Part shown: positions 30,202-40,092 of the stretch, one piece after another
Layout: each line of letters starts with the position of its first letter
How positions within the stretch are numbered: the first letter of the stretch is position 1
Source: Alphaproteobacteria bacterium
GTDB taxonomy: Bacteria; Pseudomonadota; Alphaproteobacteria; UBA828
DNA: 64,000 nt
Reading direction: 5' to 3'
Assembly (NCBI GenBank): GCA_965237415.1
Contig: CBDEFM010000002.1
Span: 2,624,001-2,688,000 of the forward strand
Notes under the pieces: generated by a model
What the model saw: only the letters and a program-made list of their open reading frames with translations
What the model was told of the DNA's origin: nothing
Databases searched by the model: none
Program-made: the position numbers and the translations under genes

Positions 30202-31320
30202 TCATGGCCTCACGGCGGCGTCCGTCAGGGGTGGCTTGAACTGCTTGGCGAGCGCCAGCCCCTGGCGCTGGTAGGAGGAGCCGATACCGTGTCCGTAAAG
30301 CTCCGCCGGGCGTTCGGTCAACGGCTCGAAGAGAAGCCGGCCAATTGTCTGGCCGTCCTCGATCATGAACGGCACGTCGTGGGAGCGGACTTCGAGGACC
30401 GCCCGCGTGCCGCCGCCACCGGCTTCATCATGCCCGAAACCGGGATCGAAGAAGCCCGCGTAATGCGCGCGAAACTCGCCGACCAGTGTGTCGTACGCCA
30501 CCATCTCAGCGGCGTGGTCCGGGGGAATCCGAACCGACTCCTTCGAAGCCAGGATGTAGAAGTCGTCCGGATTCAGGATCACGCCGCCAACGCTCGGCCG
30601 CGCGATCGGCTCCCAGAAGTCGGCGGGTATGTAGCGGCCGACTTCGTCGAGGTCGATCAGGTCGGTGTGGCGCTTCGCCTTCCAGCCGACGAGGCCGCCG
30701 CCGCCGCCAGCAAGATCGACAGAGAGCGGCAGGCCACCGGCAAAGCCGCCGCGCGCAACCTCTCCCTCGATCAGGCGCCGTTCTGCGTGCAGGCGCTCGA
30801 GCGCACCTTCGGAATAGCCGGGCGCCCCACGCTTGAAGCGTATCTGATTGAGCCGGCTTCCCGCGCGCACCACGATGCTGAAGGTGCGGGGCGAGACCTC
30901 GGCGTAGAGCGGCCCCCGGAAGCCGGCTTGCGCCCGGTCGAACTCGTGCGCCTCGTCGGCGATGAGCCGGGTGAAGATGTCGAGCCGCCCGGTGGAGCTC
31001 TTGGGGTTGGCGTGCGCCGAGACGTCAGGCGCGAGCGCGAGGCTCTCCATCAGCGGGACGATGTAGACGCAGCCACGCTCCAGCACGGCGCCAGGCGCGA
31101 GGTCGACCTCGTGCATGCCTAAACGCTCGATCTTCGCGCGGACGCTCTCGCGGCCCGGCAGGAAGCTCGCACGTACCCTGTACGCGGTTGGCCCCAGCCT
31201 GAGATCGAGGCTCGCCGGCTGTATCTGGCCCGTCCCGATAGGCACCGCCGCGTCGACCCCGCCCTCAGCGATCAACACGGCGATCGCCGTGCTTGAGAGG
31301 ATCCCAGCTCGCTCAGCCAT
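30202..31320 (-). CDS. dcd: dCTP deaminase (long alphaproteobacterial type)
   Basis: QIQPASLDLRLG, ANPKSSTGRLD, HYAGFFDPGFG, VLEVRSHDVPF, SYQ.QGL.L.K.F. Confidence 0.9.
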   Translation of the reverse strand: MAERAGILSSTAIAVLIAEGGVDAAVPIGTGQIQPASLDLRLGPTAYRVRASFLPGRESVRAKIERLGMHEVDLAPGAVLERGCVYIVPLMESLALAPDVSAHANPKSSTGRLDIFTRLIADEAHEFDRAQAGFRGPLYAEVSPRTFSIVVRAGSRLNQIRFKRGAPGYSEGALERLHAERRLIEGEVARGGFAGGLPLSVDLAGGGGGLVGWKAKRHTDLIDLDEVGRYIPADFWEPIARPSVGGVILNPDDFYILASKESVRIPPDHAAEMVAYDTLVGEFRAHYAGFFDPGFGHDEAGGGGTRAVLEVRSHDVPFMIEDGQTIGRLLFEPLTERPAELYGHGIGSSYQRQGLALAKQFKPPLTDAAVRP

Positions 31321-31340
31321 TGTTCACGCTCCTCGCCGGC

Positions 31341-31784
31341 TCAGAACGGCTTGACGATAACCAGAACGACGATTCCGATCATGGCCAGCGTCGGCACCTC
31401 GTTCATCATGCGATAGAAGCGCGCACTGCGGCGGTTGCGGCCGGCTGCGAAATCCCGACGCCAGCGCGCTAGCAACCCGTGATGCGCGGCGAGCAACGCC
31501 ACCAGGGCGAGCTTGGGGTAGATCCAGATATCGCCAGACCAGTCGACCGCGCCAGGGTGCGCCAGCAGGGCGCCGCCGAAGCCGAAGGTCGCCACCATGC
31601 CCGGGTTGATGATCACCCGGAGCAAGCGGCGCTCCATGACCTTCAGGGTCTCCGAGAGCTCGGAGCCCGTCTCGGCGCGAGCGTGATAGACGTAGAGCCG
31701 GGGCAGGTAGAGCATTCCCGCCATCCAGGCGATCACCGCGATCACGTGCAGCGCCCTGAGCCACGTGTAGAGATCGTCGGCCAT
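31341..31784 (-). CDS. hemJ: protoporphyrinogen oxidase HemJ
   Basis: ALHVIAVIAWMAGMLYLPRLYVYH, MERRL, NEVPT, VKPF. Confidence 0.95.
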   Translation of the reverse strand: MADDLYTWLRALHVIAVIAWMAGMLYLPRLYVYHARAETGSELSETLKVMERRLLRVIINPGMVATFGFGGALLAHPGAVDWSGDIWIYPKLALVALLAAHHGLLARWRRDFAAGRNRRSARFYRMMNEVPTLAMIGIVVLVIVKPF

Positions 31785-32824
31785 CAGTGCGCAGCCAGTG
31801 GGCAGCAGCGGTGGACGCCGGGACAGAGCCGCCCGCCCTCGCCGGAATCCAGCCCAGAGACGCCACTCGCCGTGAAAGCTCCGCGCACGAGGTCAGCAAG
31901 AGCCGAAATAAACGAAGGATGGGTGCCGAGTGCCGGCACCCGGTGGTAGGCGGGCACACCCACCGCGTGCGCGTGGTCCCGATAGGTGACGTCGAGCTCC
32001 ATCAGTGTCTCGCTATGCTCGGAGACGAAGGCGACCGGTACCACCACGACTGGCACGCGGTCGTGGCCAGCCCGCTCGATTTCCTCGGCGATAGAGGGTT
32101 CCAGCCAGGCCAGCGGCCCCACCTTGCTCTGATAGCAAACTCTCCAGGCTAGCCCCTCCCGCCCCAAACGCGCAACGATCCCCCGCGCGGTCTCCTCCAC
32201 CTGCCACTGATAGGGATCGCCGCGGGCGACTACGCGTTTGGGCAGGCCGTGGGCGGAGAATAGCAAGCGCGGCTCACCGGCCTCTGCTGCGGCCGCCAAC
32301 AGCGGCTCGATCAGCGCCGCGTGGGCCGCCACCAAGCCTTCCGCCCGCGGGTAGCAGCAGACGGCATGCGTCGGTGCGGCAATTCCCACAGCCCCTGCCG
32401 CCGACCGCCAGGCAGCAAGAGACGATGCCGTGGTCGTGGTCGAGAACTGGGGGTAGAGAGGCAACAGTACGATCCGATCCGGCCGGAAGGCGGCAATCTT
32501 ACGTGCCGCCGCCTCGCTCATCGGGTGCCAGTAGCGCATGGCGACGACGACCTCGACCTCGCCGAGATCCTCCAACGTGCGACCAAGCGCAGCCGCCTGC
32601 GCCTCGGTCTCGCCAAGCAGCGGCGAGCGCCCCCCGATCGTGCGATAGATGTCCCGTGCTCCCGGGCCGCGCCGGCGCGCGATCAGGCGAGCAATCAAAT
32701 GGCGCACGAGTGTCGGCGCACGAATGATCGCCGGATCCCGGAACAGATTACGCAGAAAGGGTTCGACGGCATCGAGCGAGTCCGGCCCGCCCAGGTTGAA
32801 CAGAACCACGGCAATGCGGCTCAT
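31784..32824 (-). CDS. hemH: ferrochelatase
   Basis: NLGGP, GGRSPL, AMRYWHP, LYPQFS.TT, FSAHGLP, YQSKVGP..WL.P, FVSEHSETL. Confidence 0.96.
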   Translation of the reverse strand: MSRIAVVLFNLGGPDSLDAVEPFLRNLFRDPAIIRAPTLVRHLIARLIARRRGPGARDIYRTIGGRSPLLGETEAQAAALGRTLEDLGEVEVVVAMRYWHPMSEAAARKIAAFRPDRIVLLPLYPQFSTTTTASSLAAWRSAAGAVGIAAPTHAVCCYPRAEGLVAAHAALIEPLLAAAAEAGEPRLLFSAHGLPKRVVARGDPYQWQVEETARGIVARLGREGLAWRVCYQSKVGPLAWLEPSIAEEIERAGHDRVPVVVVPVAFVSEHSETLMELDVTYRDHAHAVGVPAYHRVPALGTHPSFISALADLVRGAFTASGVSGLDSGEGGRLCPGVHRCCPLAAH

Positions 32825-33873
32825 TGTCCGTTCCCGTCAGGCCACCCACGCACAAGTTCCGAGAGCGCGGCGACGTGCTCAGGTGGGGTCTGAGGCACCA
32901 CGCCCTCGCCGACGTTGAACACGAAGGGTCCGTGCCCGAGCGCATCCAGAATAACGCTGGCGGCACGGCGCAGCGCAGCGCCGCCCGCGACCAAAGCCGC
33001 GGGATCGAGGTTGCCCTGTACCGTGCATCGCGGTTGTAATTTCGCTGCGGCCCAGGCGGGCGCCACGGTGCTGTCGATGGAGACCGCATCCACGCCGGTC
33101 TCCGCCGCGAAGCGCTGGTAGGCGATACCAGCGCCGCGCGGATAGCCGATCACCGGGGCCGCCGGGTGCACCGCCTTCACGGCGGCCATGATCTTCGCCA
33201 CAGGCCCGGTACACCAACGCTGAAACTCACTCTCAGGCAACGCCCCAGCCCAGCTATCGAAGATCTGAACCGCGTCGGCGCCTGCGTCGAGCTGGGCGAT
33301 CAGGTGTGCAGCGACCGCCTCCTGCACTGTGTCGATCAGCCGTGCGAAGCTCTCAGGATCGCGATAGGCCCAGCCCTTCACGACCATGAAGTCTCTGCTC
33401 CTGCCGCCCCCGATCATGTACGTTGCGAGCGTCCACGGCGCTCCCGCAAAACCCAGAACCGTCGTCCCGGCCGGTGCAGCCGCAACGACCCGCTCCATGG
33501 CCTCGTAGACGGGCGCGAGATGCTGTCGCTGACGTCCCTCATCAAAGATCGGGAGGGAGTCTCCCTCCCGTATGGGCTCCAGGCACGGACCCTCGCCCTC
33601 CTGGAACCAGAGCTTCACTCCGAGCGCTTCCGCCACCACCAGAATGTCCGAAAAGAGAATCACACCGTCGAGGTCGAATCGCTTTAATGGCTGAATGCTT
33701 GCCTCCGCTGCCAACGCCGGGTCGTAGCAGAGGTCGAGGAAGGATCCGACCCTGGCCCGCAGCGCGCGATATTCCGGCAGATAGCGACCCGCCTGGCGCA
33801 TGAGCCAGAGCGGCGGCGGGTGCCGCACCTCACCCCGAAGAGCGGCGAGAAGCGGCTTGGTGCGTGCGTCCAT
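32821..33873 (-). CDS. hemE: uroporphyrinogen decarboxylase
   Basis: WLMRQAGRYLPEYR, ILFSDIL, GFAGAPWT, QIFDSWAG, QGNLDP. Confidence 0.96.
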   Translation of the reverse strand: MDARTKPLLAALRGEVRHPPPLWLMRQAGRYLPEYRALRARVGSFLDLCYDPALAAEASIQPLKRFDLDGVILFSDILVVAEALGVKLWFQEGEGPCLEPIREGDSLPIFDEGRQRQHLAPVYEAMERVVAAAPAGTTVLGFAGAPWTLATYMIGGGRSRDFMVVKGWAYRDPESFARLIDTVQEAVAAHLIAQLDAGADAVQIFDSWAGALPESEFQRWCTGPVAKIMAAVKAVHPAAPVIGYPRGAGIAYQRFAAETGVDAVSIDSTVAPAWAAAKLQPRCTVQGNLDPAALVAGGAALRRAASVILDALGHGPFVFNVGEGVVPQTPPEHVAALSELVRGWPDGNGQ

Positions 33874-33879
33874 GATCAC

Positions 33880-34290
33880 GAATCGGCCTTTGTCCCCGGT
33901 TTTGGCAGACTATCTTCATTAAATGAATTTATAGAAGGATAGTTGATGTTGTAGGCAGGAAAGAGGGGATTGTCCCGTTCATCCCAGAGGGGGGGCTGGT
34001 GACGGATCAGGCCGGATGGGCGCGGCGGCAGTGGTGGAAAAGCGGCCAATAGCTGCCATTGCATGGGCTCCCAGCGTGGCTGAGAAAGCGGGAACAACGT
34101 GGAACGATGTGGAGTATGGTGGTGCTTTCACCGATATCCCCACTATGCCGAGCCTGCGGATTGGTTGATCCAGCAAGCTGGGGACAAGCTGCAAGGAGGC
34201 GGCAGTGGCTGCGTTGCTCACCGAATTTTCCATAGTTGAGCGTTGAGAGCACACGCTGCGAGAACTGCGTGACCGGGAACCCGAGCGAAC
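33880..34290. other. probable chromosomal replication origin (oriC)
   Basis: Divergent hemE / DUF299 intergenic region, the established oriC position in Caulobacter and many Alphaproteobacteria; AT-rich tract ~33909-33953; degenerate DnaA-box-like 9-mers (GGTGGAAAA, TGTGGAGTA, TGGGGACAA, TTTTCCATA); parS/parAB nearby. Confidence 0.75.
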
Positions 34291-34292
34291 CC

Positions 34293-35099
34293 ATGCGGCG
34301 CTTCCACCTGCACTTGGTCTCCGACGCCACCGGCGAGACCTGCATTACGATAGCGCGGGCCGCGGCGGCACAATTCCAGGGCGTGGATGCCGTCGAGCAT
34401 CTGTGGTCGCTCGTCCGCACGGAAAGCCAGCTCCGTCGCGTACTGGCCCATGTCGAGGCCGAGCCCGGGGTCGTCATGTTCACCCTGGTCGACCCGCAGC
34501 TTCGCGCCCTTCTGCATGAGGAATGTCGGCGCATCGATGTTCCCTGTATCCCCCTCCTCGACACGGTGATTGCGGCGTTGAGCGGCTTCCTCGGTATCGA
34601 GAGCCGCAATCAGCCGGGCCGCCAGCATGTCATGGATGCAGCGTATCTGAAGCGCATTGAGGCGATGAACTTCGCGCTCGGCCATGATGACGGCCGCTCG
34701 CCGGTGACGCTGGGCGAGGCGGATATCGTGCTCGTTGGCGTCTCTCGAACGTCAAAGACGCCCACCTGTTTCTACCTCGCAAACCGGGGCCTCAAGGCCG
34801 CGAACGTACCGGTGGTTCCTGCGTGCCCGTTACCGCGGGAGCTCGGGGGGTTGACGGATGCGTTGGTTGTCGGCCTCACCTGCCACCCGGAGCAACTGAT
34901 CGATGTCCGCCGCAGCCGCATGCGCATGATCGGCGACATTGGCGAGACCGGCTACGTCGATCCCCTCCAGGTCGAGGAGGAGGTGCGACAGGCGCGCCGA
35001 CTCTTCGCGGAGGCCGGGTGGCCGGTGATCGACGTGACCCGCCGCTCGATTGAGGAGACCGCCGCCGCAATCCTCCAGCTGCACGACCGCCGCGCTTAG
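34293..35099 (+). CDS. ppsR: pyruvate, water dikinase regulatory protein (kinase/pyrophosphorylase, DUF299)
   Basis: HLVSDATGET, HDDG, GVSRTSKTPT..YLANRG, IDVT.RSIEETA. Confidence 0.92.
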   Translation: MRRFHLHLVSDATGETCITIARAAAAQFQGVDAVEHLWSLVRTESQLRRVLAHVEAEPGVVMFTLVDPQLRALLHEECRRIDVPCIPLLDTVIAALSGFLGIESRNQPGRQHVMDAAYLKRIEAMNFALGHDDGRSPVTLGEADIVLVGVSRTSKTPTCFYLANRGLKAANVPVVPACPLPRELGGLTDALVVGLTCHPEQLIDVRRSRMRMIGDIGETGYVDPLQVEEEVRQARRLFAEAGWPVIDVTRRSIEETAAAILQLHDRRA

Positions 35100-35180
35100 G
35101 CCGCCCGAGCGGTTGGCGCGGCGCCGGAAGCGTATATTCTGCAATACGCCTGAGACCGGCGAGAGGGGAAAGGCGCATCC

Positions 35181-35822
35181 ATGGCAACGGCTGAGGCGGG
35201 TCCGGCTTCTCACGGAGAGATCGGTGACAGGCAACTCGTGCTCGCCTCTCAGGCGGCTGTGCGGGCGTCGATGCTGCAGGCAGTGGGACTCTCCTTCACG
35301 GTACAGCCGGCGCGGGTGCACGAGGGCGCGGTCAAGGACGCCATGCGGGCCGAGGATCCCGAGGGCCGGGAGACCGCGCGGGCGCTCGCGTCACTCAAGG
35401 CCCGCCGGGTCAGCGCCGGCGCGCCCGGTGCCTTCGTCATCGGCGCCGACCAACTTCTCGTCTGTGGCGATGAATGGTTCGACAAGCCGGTGGATGTGGA
35501 CGACGCGCGGGGGCAGCTGAAGCGGCTGAGGGGTCGCCGCCACACCCTGGTGACGGCCGTCTGCGTGGTCCGCGATGAGGCTGAGATCTGGAGCGATGTG
35601 GCATGTCCGCAGCTCACGATGCGACCTTTCTCCGATACCTTTCTGGAGCACTATCTGGAGCGGGCCGGCGATGGCATCCTTGCCTGCGTCGGGGGTTACG
35701 AGGCGGAGGGGCTGGGCGCGCAGCTTCTCGCGGAGATCGAGGGCGACTGGTTCGCGGTGCTGGGCCTGCCGCTGATGCCGCTTCTCGCCTTCCTCCGCGA
35801 GCACGGGCTGGTGGAAACGTGA
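35181..35822 (+). CDS. maf: Maf family nucleoside triphosphate pyrophosphatase
   Basis: LVLAS, LASLKA, IGADQ, KP, H.L.TAV, GLPL. Confidence 0.9.
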   Translation: MATAEAGPASHGEIGDRQLVLASQAAVRASMLQAVGLSFTVQPARVHEGAVKDAMRAEDPEGRETARALASLKARRVSAGAPGAFVIGADQLLVCGDEWFDKPVDVDDARGQLKRLRGRRHTLVTAVCVVRDEAEIWSDVACPQLTMRPFSDTFLEHYLERAGDGILACVGGYEAEGLGAQLLAEIEGDWFAVLGLPLMPLLAFLREHGLVET

Positions 35823-36658
35823 TCCTCTCGGGCGCGGCGCGGCTGGCAGGGGTCATGGGTTGGCCGGTCGCACACTCGCGTTCGCCGCGCATTCACGGCT
35901 ACTGGCTGGAGGAGAAGGGAATCGACGGTGCCTACCTGCCGCTTGCTGTGCGGCGCGAAGCGCTCGGTGCGGCGCTTGCGGCGCTGCCGGCTCTCGGATT
36001 TCGCGGCTGCAATCTGACCGCGCCGCACAAGGAGGCCGCGCTCGCCCACATGGCTTCACTGTCGGAGACCGCGCGCCGCATCGGCGCCGTGAACACCGTG
36101 ACGGTGGGCGAGGACGGCGCGCTCCACGGCGACAACACCGATGGCTTCGGCTTCATCGGCCACTTGCGTCAGGAGGCACCGTCGTGGGAGCCCGCTCTAC
36201 CGGTGGCGATGCTTGGCGCTGGCGGCGCAGCGCGCGCGGTCGTGGATGCACTCTCTGCCCAAGGGGTTAGGGAAATCCGCGTGGCCAACCGCTCGCCGGA
36301 GCGCGCGGGGGCGCTCGCTGCGGCGGTCGGCAACACGGTCCGCCCCGTCCCATGGGAGGACCGCGAAGCAGCGCTCGAGGACTGCGGCTTGCTCGTCAAC
36401 ACCACGACCCTCGGCCAAGTGGGTAAGCCTGCGCTCGATCTCGATCTCGGGCGGCTTCCGTCCGGGGCCGTGGTCTACGATCTGGTCTACGCGCCGCTGG
36501 AGACTGATTTGCTGAAGGCGGCAGGGGCGCGGGGCCATGTGGCGGTGGACGGGCTCGGCATGTTGATTCATCAGGCGCGGCCTGGCTTCGCTGCATGGTT
36601 CGGCGCCGTGGCCGAGGCCACGGCGGCGCTTCGCTCCTTCGCCGCAGACGGGCTCTGA
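35819..36658 (+). CDS. aroE: shikimate dehydrogenase
   Basis: GWPVAHSRSP.IH, NLT.PHKE, GAVNT, NTDG.GF, GAGGAAR, DLVY.P..T; GTG start overlapping maf stop. Confidence 0.94.
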   Translation: MILSGAARLAGVMGWPVAHSRSPRIHGYWLEEKGIDGAYLPLAVRREALGAALAALPALGFRGCNLTAPHKEAALAHMASLSETARRIGAVNTVTVGEDGALHGDNTDGFGFIGHLRQEAPSWEPALPVAMLGAGGAARAVVDALSAQGVREIRVANRSPERAGALAAAVGNTVRPVPWEDREAALEDCGLLVNTTTLGQVGKPALDLDLGRLPSGAVVYDLVYAPLETDLLKAAGARGHVAVDGLGMLIHQARPGFAAWFGAVAEATAALRSFAADGL

Positions 36659-36670
36659 CGGGGGCCGGTC

Positions 36671-37339
36671 GTGGTCGTCCTCGGACTCACCGGGTCGATC
36701 GGCATGGGCAAGACGACCGTGGCTGCTGCCCTGAAGGCTTCGGGTGCCGCGGTCTACGACGCCGATGCGGCGGTTCACCGGCTGCTCGCGCCGGGCGGGG
36801 GGGCGGTGGCGCCGGTGCTCGCGCGCTTTCCCGCTGCCGCATCGGGCGAGGGCGCGTCGCGCGCGGTCGACCGAGGGGCGCTCGGCGCCCACGTCTTCGC
36901 GGACCCGGCGGCGTTGGCCGAGCTGGAGTCGATCCTGCATCCCCTTGTTCGCGCGGGCGAGCGGCGCTTCCTCGCGGCCAGCCAGCGCCAGGGCTGCCGT
37001 CTCGCGGTGCTGGACGTGCCGCTGCTCTTCGAGACCGGCGGCGAAGCCCGCTGCGATGCCACTCTGGTTGTGTCAGCCCCCGCCGTCGTGCAGCGCGCAC
37101 GGGTGCTGGGCCGGGCACGCATGACGGAGGAGCGCCTGGCCGCCATCCTCGCTCGCCAGATGCCGGATGGGGAGAAGCGGCGGCGCGCGGACTTCGTGAT
37201 CCGGACCGGGCTTGACAGGCGGGTCTCACGCCTGGCCGCGCGCAGAATCGCGGCCCGGCTCGCCGGCGCGCGCGGCACGTGCTGGCCCTCGTGTTGGGCG
37301 GGTGCGCTGAAACCTGCTCAGGGGGAAGCCCATGCGTGA
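36671..37339 (+). CDS. coaE: dephospho-CoA kinase
   Basis: GLTGSIGMGKTT, DADA.VH, ILHPLV, DVPLLFE. Confidence 0.95.
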   Translation: MVVLGLTGSIGMGKTTVAAALKASGAAVYDADAAVHRLLAPGGGAVAPVLARFPAAASGEGASRAVDRGALGAHVFADPAALAELESILHPLVRAGERRFLAASQRQGCRLAVLDVPLLFETGGEARCDATLVVSAPAVVQRARVLGRARMTEERLAAILARQMPDGEKRRRADFVIRTGLDRRVSRLAARRIAARLAGARGTCWPSCWAGALKPAQGEAHA

Positions 37340-38009
37340 GGTCGTGCTCGATACAGAGACGACCGGCCTGGAGCCGTCGGCGGGCCACAGGATCGTCGAA
37401 GTCGGCGCCGTCGAGCTGGTGAACCACATCCCGTCCGGCCGGCGCTTCCAGCGCTATCTCGACCCCGAGCGCGACATGCCGGAGGGCGCCGAGCGCGTGC
37501 ACGGACTAACCCGCGACTTTCTCGCAAAACATCGGCGTTTCGCCGAGGAGGCAGACGCGATCCTCGAATTCATCGGCGACGCGAAGCTCGTCATGCACAA
37601 TGCCCCCTTCGATCTCGGTTTCCTCAATGCCGAGCTGGAGCGCATCGGCAAGGCCCCTATCCCGCCGGAACGGACGGTGGACACGCTGGTCATCGCGCGG
37701 CGCAAGTATCCGGGTGCGCCGGCGAGCCTGGATGCGCTCTGCAAGCGCTTCGGCATCGACCGCTCCGCGCGCGAGAAGCACGGCGCCTTGCTGGACGCCG
37801 AGCTTCTGACCGACGTTTATCTGGAACTCACCGGCGGCCGCCAGCCGGCGCTCGGGCTGCAGCAGGCGGTGCGACCGCTCAACAACGCCGGGCGGGCGCC
37901 GCGCGCGGCCCGTGTCCGCCCGGCGCGCCCGCACGCGCCCAATGAGGCGGAGGCCGAGGCTCACGCCGCTTTCGTCGCGACCCTGAAGAACCCGATTTGG
38001 AACGCCTGA
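37332..38009 (+). CDS. dnaQ: DNA polymerase III epsilon subunit
   Basis: LDTETTG, HNAPFD.GF, SLDALC.R, HGALLDAELL..VY. Confidence 0.96.
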   Translation: MREVVLDTETTGLEPSAGHRIVEVGAVELVNHIPSGRRFQRYLDPERDMPEGAERVHGLTRDFLAKHRRFAEEADAILEFIGDAKLVMHNAPFDLGFLNAELERIGKAPIPPERTVDTLVIARRKYPGAPASLDALCKRFGIDRSAREKHGALLDAELLTDVYLELTGGRQPALGLQQAVRPLNNAGRAPRAARVRPARPHAPNEAEAEAHAAFVATLKNPIWNA

Positions 38010-38029
38010 GCGTCAGGCAGACGAGCCCG

Positions 38030-38881
38030 TCAGCCGACCCGGGCCATGACGCCGCCGTCCACCGGGAGTGCGACGCCGGTGATGAATCGGGCGGCGTCGG
38101 AGGCGAGAAAGAGCGAAGCCTGGGCGACGTCCCAGGCGCTGCCCATGCCGCCCCTGAGCGGGGTCCAGGTGTCGCGGGTGGCGGCGATCTCCTCGCGCGG
38201 GCGGCCGTAGCGGCGGGCTTGCGTGTCCACCGCCATGGGCGTGTCCATGTAGCCCGGCAGGATGGCGTTCACGCGCACGCCGTCGGGCGCGCAGTCTAGC
38301 GCGAGCTGGCGGGAGAAGGCGATCATCCCTGCCTTGCTCGTCTTGTAGGTCACGGACTTGTAGTCGACCACCGCCGCGATCGACGAGATATTGGTGATCA
38401 CGCCGCTACCCTGGCTTTGCATGACTGGGACGACGTGCTTGCAGGCCATCACCGTGCCGCGCAGGTTGATCGCCATCACCCGGTCGAAGCTCGCCTCGTC
38501 GAGGTCCGCGAGCGGCGAATCCCCGCCCGTATAGGCGACGCCCACGTTGTTCTGCAGCACGTCGATGCGCCCGTGGCGCTCCACGATGGCCTGGACGACC
38601 GCGATCAGTGCCGCCTCCTCGGTCACGTCGGCGACCAGTGCCTCGGCGCTGCCGCCGTCGGCCTCGATCATGGTGGCAGTTTCCTCGGCCGATGCGCGGT
38701 CCCGGTCGAGCGCAATAACGTGCGCGCCGGCGCGGGCGAAGAGCATGCACGTGGCTCGGCCGTTGCCGATCACCGGCCCCGGCGTCTGGCCGGCGCCGGC
38801 CACGATCGCGACCCGGCCGTCGAGGCTCAGCGTCGGGCTTTGCCAGGGTTCCGCGCTGGCGGCGGAGGCTTCGTCGGTCAT
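38030..38881 (-). CDS. SDR family oxidoreductase
   Basis: GAGQTPGPVIGNGRA, NNVG, YKTSK, NAILPG.MDTPM. Confidence 0.88.
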   Translation of the reverse strand: MTDEASAASAEPWQSPTLSLDGRVAIVAGAGQTPGPVIGNGRATCMLFARAGAHVIALDRDRASAEETATMIEADGGSAEALVADVTEEAALIAVVQAIVERHGRIDVLQNNVGVAYTGGDSPLADLDEASFDRVMAINLRGTVMACKHVVPVMQSQGSGVITNISSIAAVVDYKSVTYKTSKAGMIAFSRQLALDCAPDGVRVNAILPGYMDTPMAVDTQARRYGRPREEIAATRDTWTPLRGGMGSAWDVAQASLFLASDAARFITGVALPVDGGVMARVG

Positions 38882-39134
38882 GGCGATGTCCGGGTTCGCG
38901 GTGGAAAGAGGACCAAGAGGCTCGACAGGGGCGCGCGGCTTGTCAAGGCGGACGATACATAGCAGGGAGGGTGGGCAAAGTGGATGCCGGTCCCCTGTCA
39001 GCCCACAGCCTACGATATGTTGGGAGCTGATCATTCACGATCCCCTCCAAAGCGCCGATGCCCCAAGTTGTCTGATCTAGGCTTCCGGTTGATACTTTCT
39101 AATGATGGCTTGATCTCAACGAGCATTGACTTAT

Positions 39135-39683
39135 ATGTCAATAGCTGCTCAAGTACAATCGCTGGTGAACGCCAAGCGTCTACATTACGTGGAACCCCTT
39201 GACGCCAGCTTGGAGGTGAAGCGCGTCATGGTGGTGTCAGATGAAGTCCAGGAATTGCTCGATGGTCCTTGGTCCACTGGAGGTCTAGCGCGGCGCGCAA
39301 ACCGCCTTCGGGCCGACTTAGAGATGTTCGTCAGGGGACAGGTTCTGGGAATCTCGATGACACCGTACAGACACAAATCAGCGTATATGGGGCTACTGGA
39401 TCCCCCTGAGCGAGGCTTCTGGGATATCAGAAGCCGCGATCCGAAACCTGCTTTGCGAGTCTTGGGGCATTTCGCGGACGTGAACTTGTTTGTAGCATTG
39501 GTTTGGCACCCACGATCTGTCGAGGTGGATGGTAAACCGCCTTTAGGCGAAGCGCGAGGGCTGAATTGGGAGATGGCTAAACTGCAGTGTGAAGAAATGT
39601 GGAAAGGGCTATTTCCAAACCACCTACCGAAAACCAGGGAGAAGATCGGTGACCTTATCGGCGAGAACACATTTTTGGTCTGA
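39135..39683 (+). CDS. putative RelE/HigB-like toxin
   Basis: C-terminal pattern L.PPERGFWDIRSRDPKPALRVLGHF resembles RelE-superfamily strands; lies upstream of an HTH gene; lower GC. Confidence 0.6.
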   Translation: MSIAAQVQSLVNAKRLHYVEPLDASLEVKRVMVVSDEVQELLDGPWSTGGLARRANRLRADLEMFVRGQVLGISMTPYRHKSAYMGLLDPPERGFWDIRSRDPKPALRVLGHFADVNLFVALVWHPRSVEVDGKPPLGEARGLNWEMAKLQCEEMWKGLFPNHLPKTREKIGDLIGENTFLV

Positions 39684-40092
39684 GATCGAGGACCTGGATG
39701 CTCGCATACCAGCGGAAAAGCTTGAGTACCTCAGCGAGCGGTTCCGCAATGACCTATACGACTTCGTTCTGCAGAAATTTATGGAGCAAGGGGAGAAGCG
39801 CGGACTAAACCAGGCGCAACTAGCGAGAAGGCTCTCTTACGACCCCGGTCGTCTCAACAGACTGCTGGGAGCGCCCGGGAATTGGACGCTGGGCACGGTG
39901 AGCGACTTGCTCGTAGGAATTTCCGGTGAGTCCTTGGACCTTCAAGCTACCGAAGTTCGGGGAAATACCGTGCGGAATTTTAGCGTACACGATCTGCTAG
40001 ACTCCGGGTCGGGCCTCACTATCGAGAGACGCAACCCGGAGTCGGTGGTAACAGGCAGCGTGAACACGATTAGGATAGCGCACGTCCAATGA
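39649..40092 (+). CDS. XRE-type HTH protein (HigA-like antitoxin) with C-terminal extension
   Basis: GLNQAQLARRLSYDPGRLNRLLGAPGNWTLGTVSDL; GTG 39649 preceded by AGGGAGA; overlaps the toxin gene. Confidence 0.7.
   Translation: MTLSARTHFWSEIEDLDARIPAEKLEYLSERFRNDLYDFVLQKFMEQGEKRGLNQAQLARRLSYDPGRLNRLLGAPGNWTLGTVSDLLVGISGESLDLQATEVRGNTVRNFSVHDLLDSGSGLTIERRNPESVVTGSVNTIRIAHVQ

Noticed and set aside
33876-34254. Short ORFs in the hemE-ppsR gap
   Set aside because: No motifs; the region is better explained as oriC and promoters
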